Shown one piece after another: positions 11,400-19,941 of a DNA stretch of 64,000 nt. Numbering within the stretch: the stretch's first letter is position 1; each line of letters begins with the position of its first letter. The DNA lies in contig CDRNVI010000078.1 in the NCBI GenBank assembly GCA_977017575.1, positions 1 to 64,000 on the forward strand. The letters are read 5' to 3'. The translations under genes and the position numbers were made by a program. The notes below the pieces were generated by a model. It saw nothing but the letters and a program-made list of their open reading frames with translations. It was not told the DNA's origin and searched no databases. This DNA is from Paramoeba atlantica (lineage: Eukaryota; Protista; Discosea).

Positions 11400-14300
11400 C
11401 ATACCCCTGCCGGGTAAATTGGTAATTACCCGGGTCTGCGACCCAGTTACCCGCACCGACCCGCACCGACCCGCATTGACAGGTCGTCTTAGAAAGCTAC
11501 ATATACATGTATACATCTGTTTGTTGTATCTTGTCATCGAGAAATAAACGTGCATCTTTGTTTCGGACCTTATGGTAAAGTGTTTTAAGGCTAAGTAAGA
11601 AGTCAATAATCATATTACTCTTGTGTTTGATCGCACTAACTAATCTCTGCTTACTTAAACTTATCTGTACTCATGGCTCGTCAACGACGATTAGAGCAGA
11701 CACCTAGCACGCCTGAATTATTTTCTTCATCTGATACTGAAGATGGTAATACCCGAGTCAAAAAAGATGAAGCATCGCGATACTATACGGCACAAAATGA
11801 CAGTAGAATCCTTATCTGGGCAATTCGTGCTCGTGCGCTGTCCTCCCGGATGCACCCACACACACACAGATATTCTCACCGATCCTTTGGGCCAAAAGCT
11901 TCATTTCATATGTACCAAGGAAGGATGCGCTTTTGAATCTCACTCTCGTTATAAAAATGTGTACCACAAGCATCGCCGCGAGTGCTCAAGATCTCTTGAA
12001 AATTCCCGATTGGCACAGGTGGAGAGTGCAAATAATCGGGGAGTAATTGTACAGCGCTTCGTAGGAAAAGTACTGCCATGCTTACAGACCCTAACGAATC
12101 TTTCTTCTAGTCGGTTTGTCTGGCTCGTGCATAAGTACGAGGATTTACGCCCTGATGTACCTGGAACAATGATAAAAAGAGCCCTTCCGGAATCAAATTT
12201 AAAGAAGTGGCACCACTATTGTGAAGTGCTGTCGCATGACATATGGGGAAAACTTTCTGCCGACGTAGACTCGCGTAAGCTCTATGGAATTGCCGTAGAC
12301 GCGGGCATTGACAAGGTAAAGGCTGAACATATCTTGTTGTCTGTGCTGTACGTTGGGTCAGAAGAGTATGTCTTACCACCGATATATTCTCCAAGGCATC
12401 GTGCCTTTGACGGAAAGACGGCAGCTGAGCAGTTGATTTCTACTCTTCTGGCGAACCTTGGTGAAGTTCGTTTGCTCAAAATGAGATACATTATTGCGGA
12501 CGACAGTGCTATAAATCACGTGGCCAGAAACCACTGTGAAGGCGAGCTCAAGCGAATATACGATCGGATTACACCCATTGGTGAGTCTGATACGGCTGCG
12601 CTGTTGCAAGGTATTTCTTCTCTAGTGCCGCGCATTACTCTCCTATCTTGCATCGGACATATGCTAAACAATGTTTGCCAAACAGCCTTGAAACCATACG
12701 AAGAGCTCCCGTGCTTCGCCTTTAAAAAAGCTTTCAGTCAAGCTTTTTACTCCGGAGGACGTGCAAGCGCCATGAAAGGTAAATATCGGGGCGTTGCCCC
12801 GGATTTGGCGCTCGCCCATTTCGATCGAAGTGTCCTAAAAGCAGAAGAAACGTTTCGACAATCATATCATGGACTTGGCGAAGATGTTCCTACCTTCTGT
12901 CGAAAAAAGCTACAGAACACCCTGCTTGAATGTGTGTCGAAATTAAAGGACGTTTCACCGTGCGAGTCGGAACCAATAATTGAGGCACTGTCAACAGATC
13001 AAAAAACGTGGAAAGAGAAGCATTGTCTCCTACTCTCTGAGGGAGTAAAGTTGCTGAAGTCCTTACAAGCGGCACGGGAAACTCGGGGAATTCAAACACC
13101 GAAGCTAGGAGGTGTAACACGATGGTGTACCGACAAATTCACCTGCATGCAGTTCTTGGCCGAGAACATGGCCACTGTCTCGGCATTAGTTCACAATGAA
13201 AGTGAGAAGCCCAAGGCTTCACCCTCCATACTGAAATGTAAACGTTTGCTGGATCAGTTTGGTTTCAGGGCGATCGGTGCCAGTTGCGAAGATTTTCTAC
13301 AGCAATGCAAGATCCTACACAGCGCCTTGCGTAAATTTTCGGACAATGCTGGTAAGCCAATGGCCACGCACGTTGGAACAACGCTGCAACTTTTATTCGA
13401 GCACAGCGAGAGTGAATCTGCACCGGAACTTCTGAAAGAATCTTTGATTTATCACAAAAAGCGCTTGCAGAAAAACCATAACATGCGATTTTGGAGCGAT
13501 ATTCTATGGTTTCGCCCAGCGTGGATCGTGAAATTCGCTCGTCCATGCGCATTACAACCCATTTCAGTGGGTCGAGCGAACAACATATTTGATAAGAATG
13601 CGGATGGAACATCTGCTGAAACTCCGATCTTTGAAATCTCGGCTGACGAGTGGTCGAAGTATGTCTCCTGCTCCGATTATGGTTGGGATCCGACGGTATT
13701 TCTGAACGAGTACGAGTGGTGGTGTGGTCCCGGAAGTGAGATGTTTCCCTCTGTTTGCGAAGCGGCTACGCACTACGTATGGACGCCTCCCTTAGTTAAC
13801 AGATGTGATTCGTGGCTGTCTATAATCGGGTACATGCACAGTTCCAGACAGGCTTCCCTGGCTCCTGATGTCGTTTCTCACCAGATCTTCGTACGTGGAA
13901 ATTGCGACAAATTGGGTTATATTCTTCCGAACGAAGGTGTTTCTCAGGATGGTAGCGATGTTGAAGTATCTGATGTCGAAGAAGATGAATTTGTTATGCA
14001 GTAATGATTAATGTATAATATTTTATTGTTAATATTAATGCTATGCATAGTATCACAGTATCATACACTGCCGTATAAATGTTTTCTATGTGGTGATTCT
14101 TTATAGTTTCACCTTAGTTTGCTAGGACTCGAGGGTAAACTCGACTGGCCAAAAAAAATAAAAAAAAATTGGTACCATTGCGGTGTTAGGGGGTAGGCTT
14201 CCGGTGGGCCTAGGGGGTTCACACCAAAAAAAATAATAAAATAGATGGGCGACACAAGCAAATCAGTAGAGGGAATTCTTCTTATGGAAGGAATTCCTCA

Positions 14301-14507
14301 TCGCTAAAGATACCGTTTCTGTACATAGAGCATTCTGTGCCAATCCTACGAATCAGCACACTTGAGAGGAAATCATTTTGTATTTAATGGCTAGTGCGCC
14401 GATGCGGGTCTGTGTGGGTCGGTGCGGGTAACTGGGTCACAGACCCGGGTAATTTACCCGCACAGACCCGCTAATGGGTAATTACCCATCGACCCGGCAG
14501 GGGTATG
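11400..14507 (+). mobile_element. hAT-like DNA transposon #1 (3108 bp), structurally complete, 6-bp TSD
   Basis: TIR CATACCCCTGCCGGGT / ACCCGGCAGGGGTATG; TATTTA at 11394-11399 and 14508-14513; subterminal GACCCGCACC and GGGTAATTACCC repeats. Confidence 0.93.
11743..14004 (+). CDS. hAT-like transposase (753 aa)
   Basis: N-terminal C/H zinc-finger-like segment, then GIAVD, IIADDSAIN, CxxH (SCIGHMLNN), GGVTRW, PPLVNRCDSWLS and a hAT-like C-terminal dimerisation segment (RQASL..IFVRGN). The true N-terminus may begin in another frame at 11673. Confidence 0.88.
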   Translation: MVIPESKKMKHRDTIRHKMTVESLSGQFVLVRCPPGCTHTHTDILTDPLGQKLHFICTKEGCAFESHSRYKNVYHKHRRECSRSLENSRLAQVESANNRGVIVQRFVGKVLPCLQTLTNLSSSRFVWLVHKYEDLRPDVPGTMIKRALPESNLKKWHHYCEVLSHDIWGKLSADVDSRKLYGIAVDAGIDKVKAEHILLSVLYVGSEEYVLPPIYSPRHRAFDGKTAAEQLISTLLANLGEVRLLKMRYIIADDSAINHVARNHCEGELKRIYDRITPIGESDTAALLQGISSLVPRITLLSCIGHMLNNVCQTALKPYEELPCFAFKKAFSQAFYSGGRASAMKGKYRGVAPDLALAHFDRSVLKAEETFRQSYHGLGEDVPTFCRKKLQNTLLECVSKLKDVSPCESEPIIEALSTDQKTWKEKHCLLLSEGVKLLKSLQAARETRGIQTPKLGGVTRWCTDKFTCMQFLAENMATVSALVHNESEKPKASPSILKCKRLLDQFGFRAIGASCEDFLQQCKILHSALRKFSDNAGKPMATHVGTTLQLLFEHSESESAPELLKESLIYHKKRLQKNHNMRFWSDILWFRPAWIVKFARPCALQPISVGRANNIFDKNADGTSAETPIFEISADEWSKYVSCSDYGWDPTVFLNEYEWWCGPGSEMFPSVCEAATHYVWTPPLVNRCDSWLSIIGYMHSSRQASLAPDVVSHQIFVRGNCDKLGYILPNEGVSQDGSDVEVSDVEEDEFVMQ

Positions 14508-14543
14508 TATTTAGTACTTCGCCCCCTACTTAGTGCTTAATTT

Positions 14544-14947
14544 GGTTAAAGTAAAGCAAAATTCGCCTTTTTTGAAAAAAATTGCTTTACACCCTATCTA
14601 GAAATCTACCTTTGCACTTCTTAGTACAGTGCCACACACTATCCTCTAATTCCATTTCTTTTGTTGATGAGTGTGTCCTTTTTCCACAGAAAACCCTTCT
14701 CGTGACAAGCCCGTGGCTTTGAAGCCACTGCTCGCACTATGCTTCCGTCCGGCGTGATATACGGCTGAGGGTGAACTTTCTTCGACAAGCGAACCCCCGA
14801 CACCCCTGGCATACCATAGAAAATAACGGAAAAAGGGTATACAATAGTCATATACAATATTATGTACGTAGATAATGTCCTTTTGTCGAAAGGAAAAATG
14901 TCAAGCTAAAAAGTTATAAGAAAAGCGAATTTTCTTTTACTTTCACC
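14544..14947. mobile_element. Merlin-type MITE (404 bp)
   Basis: TIR GGTTAAAGTAAAGCAAAATTCGC / GCGAATTTTCTTTTACTTTCACC; 8-bp TSD CTTAATTT at 14536-14543 and 14948-14955. Confidence 0.85.
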
Positions 14948-15214
14948 CTTAATTTCAACGCTTAGTAGAGATTGGCGCGGCAAAGCGGCGCCGATTTTTG
15001 GGTGAAACTGAAGCAAACTTAGCTTTTTTCTTGATTAATTTTTTTTCCTATTTTTTGCCCCCCCAAAAAAAAAATCTTTTTATTCTACTAGGCTTATTTT
15101 TTGATTTTTCGTGATTTTGTTATGCTTTGTCAAGGGTGTGCTGGGTTTTCTTGTCGGGGTGACCTCACATTAAGCAAAGTTGCACTTTGGACCGAGCAGT
15201 AATGTGCCGAATGG

Positions 15215-17218
15215 ATGAAAAGCCACAAGCTGGTAGCCCAGAAAGTTGTGTGCTACAGGAATGTACACAAGTCACCCCAACACATGAAACTCACTGGCGC
15301 AAAGTGGTGGTGTACCAAAAATTGCAACGGAAGGTATGGTGCTTTGGGGCCGCTTGTTCCCGGCAGAGCTCATAGAACCACCAAACAAATGCTGAAATAT
15401 GTCATTCTCTATGTACGGGGCGGGCGTCATGCCGATGCAGAAGCGGAAGCGGAGGTGAGCAACCGAACCGTAGTATCTTTAAGACAGTGGATGGACTCTT
15501 TAATGCCCACTGCTCACTTACGTCGACGCATTCGGAATCGATCATCCATTACTAGAATGCAATGCGATAAAACTTTCTATTCCATCAGAAAGCGCCATCG
15601 TGGACGTCATGGGGCCAGACGTGTACAGTCAGCAAAAAAACCGTTCGAATGTTTCGGTTCTTTTTTTCTTTTGTATAGAGCTATTGATTAAATATCACCG
15701 TTGCGCTGGTAATGTGTGCTAGTAGTGTAGGCATGAGTGTCACCTAATAGTACCCGTGGATAGTTCACCTCAGCTCGTTCTACCAAAGAAATAAGAATGA
15801 ATATAAAAAAGTTTAGAATTCGAAAGGTTTTTTTGCTACCTATTATAGAGAAAATCTTGTCCCAAAAAATAGATGAAACGTAATCGCCCAAGAGAGATTA
15901 TGCCCGTAAAATTAGTATTTAGTATTCCCCCCACGAGCCTTCAGCACTGCCTTCGTACGGGCAGGCATACTGTCCACCTGGGCACGACATACTGAGGGTG
16001 GTATGTTCGCCCATTCCATTTTTACCCTCTCCCACAACTCTCGGACCCCGCTTGGTGGATCATCGTGCGCTGCAAGGCGCCGCTTGAGTTCCCCCCAAAC
16101 GTTTTCGATTGGATTTAAGTCAGGGACTGCGGGGGCCACCGCATGACTTCAAACCCGGTACCGCGGAGGTGCCGTTGCGCACAATGGTTTGTGTGCTTGG
16201 GGTCATTATCTTGTTGGAAGATGACCATTGGGGGGTCTAGACGCATAGTTTCAATGGAGGGGGCAAGATGTTGTGGGAGAGGGTAAAAATGGAGAGAGTT
16301 GTTGGGAGAGAGTTGTTGGGTTCGAGAGTTGTGGGAGAGGGTAAAAATGGAATGGGCGAACATACCACCCTCAGTATGTCGTGCCCAGGTGGACAGTATG
16401 CCTGCCCGTACGAAGGCAGTGCTGAAGGCTCGTGGGGGGAATACTAAATACTAATTTTACGTGCATAATCTCGCTTGGGCGATTACGTTTCATCTATTTT
16501 TTGGGACAAGATTTTCTCTATAATAGGTAGCAAAAAAACCTTTCGAATGCTAAACTTTTTTATATTCATTCTTATTTCTTTGGTAGAACGAACTGAGGTG
16601 AACTATCTACGGGTACTATTAGGTGACACTCATGCCTACACTACTAGCACACATTACCAGCGCAACGGTGATATTTAATCAATAGCTCTATACAAAAGAA
16701 AAAAAAACCGAAACATTCGAACGGTTATTTTGCTGACTGTACGTAGCGATGGAACGCAAGTAGCACAGACTATCGCTGTTACTACCAGATCTAACAAATT
16801 ATCCGAAATTTTCATGGAAATAGTCTCTGATCGCACTGCCGCAACGCTCGTTCCAAAAATTGATGAACTTGCTTCTGGGGGTCGCACTCGAATTTGGACT
16901 GATGGCGCCCGTCATAATCTAAAACTTCGGTCCAAGTACGAGTGACGAAGTGTAAATCATCGTCAGCAATGGGTCACCCCAGACGGGGTACATACAAACA
17001 CTGTCGAATGTGCTAACTCTATGGCTAAGAAGCGTTTGAAGCGTGAAGGAAATGTTTTGGGGAGCAAGCCAGGGAAAAGATCAGACCGAGTTCAAGCAAT
17101 TGCATCAGTTCAAGCAATTGCTGAAAAGTGTAACGGAAGTTTGAAGAGGAACGGCGGGGATGTCATGCTGAGAATCCTCGAGAACTTGCAGACTCATTGC
17201 ACTTGTATTCATCTTTAA
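15215..17218 (+). pseudogene. Merlin transposase pseudogene
   Basis: QCDKTF..RKRHRGR, then after the insert V.DRTAATL, IWTDG, VNH..WV.PDGVHTNTVE, all typical of DDE_Tnp_IS1595. In-frame TGA at 16943-16945. Confidence 0.88.
15626..16739 (-). mobile_element. Fold-back Tc1 derivative with ~430-bp inverted arms
   Basis: Ends CAGTCAGCAAAA / TTTTGCTGACTG with TA TSD. Arms ~15626-16052 and ~16322-16739 are inverted copies. Transposase C-terminus remnant QQDNDPKH..WPPQS / DLNPIENVW..GGNTKY. Confidence 0.9.
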
Positions 17219-17927
17219 GTTCACAGAGTTATGTAAGAAAGTCTTAAGATATTGAAGTAAGAAAGAAATCAATTTAAATTCATTGTACTGGAAGAGAGTA
17301 GCTTCGAAGTAGAGCCAGGATTCATCGGAAATATCAAAAAATATGAAAAATGCTAAATTTGCTTCAGTTTAACCGATTTTTGATAATATTACATTTCGTC
17401 TGATCTACCCATTTGAAATAAAAGTGGAAACAGTTTCGTTTTCTTGACACGCCCCTCTCTGTTGTATGTCGATTGGACCCCTTTCTGGCTGGTGCAGATC
17501 AAGCCAACCACTCCCTCGAGTTGGTTCACTGACTAAACAGATTGACAGAGCCATCAAAATCTTTTTGATCCCTCTTTCTCATTTGGTGTTCAGTGCCAAC
17601 TATGTTCGCCAACGATTTTTACCACCGGAACCTGTCATCGTGATTCCGTCACCTGAAGAGGTCAGCACTTCATTGGTTCAGGTTGATACCCTGCAGCGAG
17701 AGAAAGAAGCTGTACCCGCGAAAAAACGACGCATTGATTACCCCCCTCTAATAAGTAATTACTATCCCCCCCTATTTACATACCCTGGAGTAATCGATGT
17801 AGTAAATTACTACCGGTTACTACCGATTACTACATTGTTCAGTGTAATTATCTGCTAGTCCCAAAATTTAGTGTGAGTATCACCAATTCTATATCCCGCC
17901 TTGTGGTTGTACATACAGTTGTATATA

Positions 17928-18647
17928 CTGTCCCCCCTACTTAAGAGTCCGCGGGATACCCCCCCCTACTTAAGAGTCCTTTTTGACGGAGCCTCGGGCT
18001 GCCTGCGGCGCGAAGCGCCGCCAGATTTTTTTTTGATTGTTTTCTATTTTCTATGATTTTTTTATGTTGTCTGCCCATTGCGTTTAGTTGCGTTTTTAAT
18101 ATTTCAAAGCTATTTATACTTGATAGTACTCCGAGGAAGGAGTAGACATGGGACACAACCATCCTCCTCAACCCCCTTCAACTCTCTCGCGAACTGATCG
18201 AAGTTCTCCTCCCCTCCGATCACCCTTCTCACACGAGAACGGCAAATCTGCCGACCAACCCCCTTCATCTATCTCCCCATCTAACCAAGGTAACCTTCCG
18301 TTACCCCATTCCGGTAGCCAACCTCGTTCTCTTCTATCCCAAGTGTGCGCGGTATTGCATTACGAATATCATTATATTCTCCTGCATATCAAGGGTCACA
18401 TTTTGAATATTTATGACAGTTTTTTTGAACGTACCTCTGTAGCACGTGGGGTACAGACGCCGATCTTCATTAGACCAAAATAGAGAAAAAAAAATAGAGT
18501 AAAAAAATATAGACAAAAAAGGAACCGGCCATATTGAAATTTTATGAAAAAATGCTGACCCCCTACTTAAGAGTCCGAAAAATTGTGACCCCCCACTTAA
18601 GAGTCCAAATGCCCAAAATCGGCGGACTCTTAAGTAGGGGGGGGCAG
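17928..18647. mobile_element. MITE family A, copy 1 (720 bp)
   Basis: TIR CTGTCCCCCCTACTTAAGAGTCCGC, TA TSD, subterminal CCCCTACTTAAGAGTCC repeats; near-identical inverted copy at 58823-59544. Confidence 0.95.
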
Positions 18648-19941
18648 TATGTATTTCATGGTCGAAATGACAATAGTCTTGTAATTTCTACTCTCTCCAT
18701 TGTTCAGTCATGATGCGGCGGGGCACGGGGAAGCGCGTGCGGAAAAGTAGAGAATCTGAATCGGTGGCTGGAGGAGGCGAATCTGTTGATGTGGGTGGAG
18801 AACCTGAATCCCCAAGAGTCACCCGAGAGCAGCGTTCTAATCCTTCAGCGCGTGTGCGCAGGGAATTGTCGAGGGCACTGGGGCAGCGTTTGAATGAATC
18901 TCCAACACAGGCAACAGTAACTACTTCAGGATTGTTAACTCCGAATTCACGACAATTAACACGAGCACGTACGGGAAATGTGGATGATCCTTTGAGATAC
19001 GGAGAGCTATCCTTGTTTTTTAAGTACGAGCTTTGCAATTTCTCTAATTCTGAAAACGAAAATGATTCTACCAGCGCATGCCAGAAAGAACTTGAAACAC
19101 GCACCGACATTGGGACATACCTGCAAGACGCAGCAAACCAACGACGTCATGCAATCTGCCTGTACTGTGGCGCTGTTTTTCACAGCCGTTGCACACAGAC
19201 TTAGAGGGCTGAAACCTGGAGGACCCTGTCACTTATCAGGTGGGATCGGGTGGAATCGGTCGGGATCGGCGCTTGAGTAGCTTCTTAAGATACTGTATTT
19301 TTTACTACTTTGACCTTTTTTCTATCACTTTTTATTCTTTATTAGGCTCTTCGTTAAACGTAGTGGTTGTTTTCAACTTAGATGACACCACTGCTGCACG
19401 CTTCGCCTTGAAAACTACTGCCGCGTTTAACGAAGAGACTAAAAAAATGGAGAACGATACTAAAACAACAACGATCGTATCTACAACTTTGCTTGTTAAG
19501 TAGTACTTTACTTGTTAAGCAGAACAGTACTTGCTTTTAGAGGGGGGAAAGTCCTTCAACAAAGTACTTTCAGCAATTCAACCCTGAATGTATTGCATCA
19601 CGCAATTCCCCCCTATTTTTGGGACATTTAGACTAAATACTAAATTAGTATTTTTGTGTGATTCAATTTGTTCCCAAATAATTTCGATGGGGTTGAGATC
19701 AGGAGACTTAGGCATAGTCTAACTAGTATTTTAGTATATACTATAGTATATACTATGAGATACTACTTTTCGAAGGTGTCTATAATCTTATTAAGTGTCT
19801 ATAGAAATGTAGTTTTTCCCTGTATATGAATGGAAAGATTTGTCTTTATTGCGACATTTAGGACTGGTACACAAGTATTGCTCAGCCTTTTTGTTTACAC
19901 CTTATCACTTCCTTTAATCACCTTGTCACTCACTGTTTTAA

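Larger units (their letters stand above)
15001..17374 (+). mobile_element. Merlin (IS1595/IS1016-like) DNA transposon, interrupted by a Tc1 derivative
   Basis: TIR GGTGAAACTGAAGCAAACTTAGC / GCTAAATTTGCTTCAGTTTAACC; 8-bp TSD GATTTTTG at 14993-15000 and 17375-17382. Confidence 0.92.
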
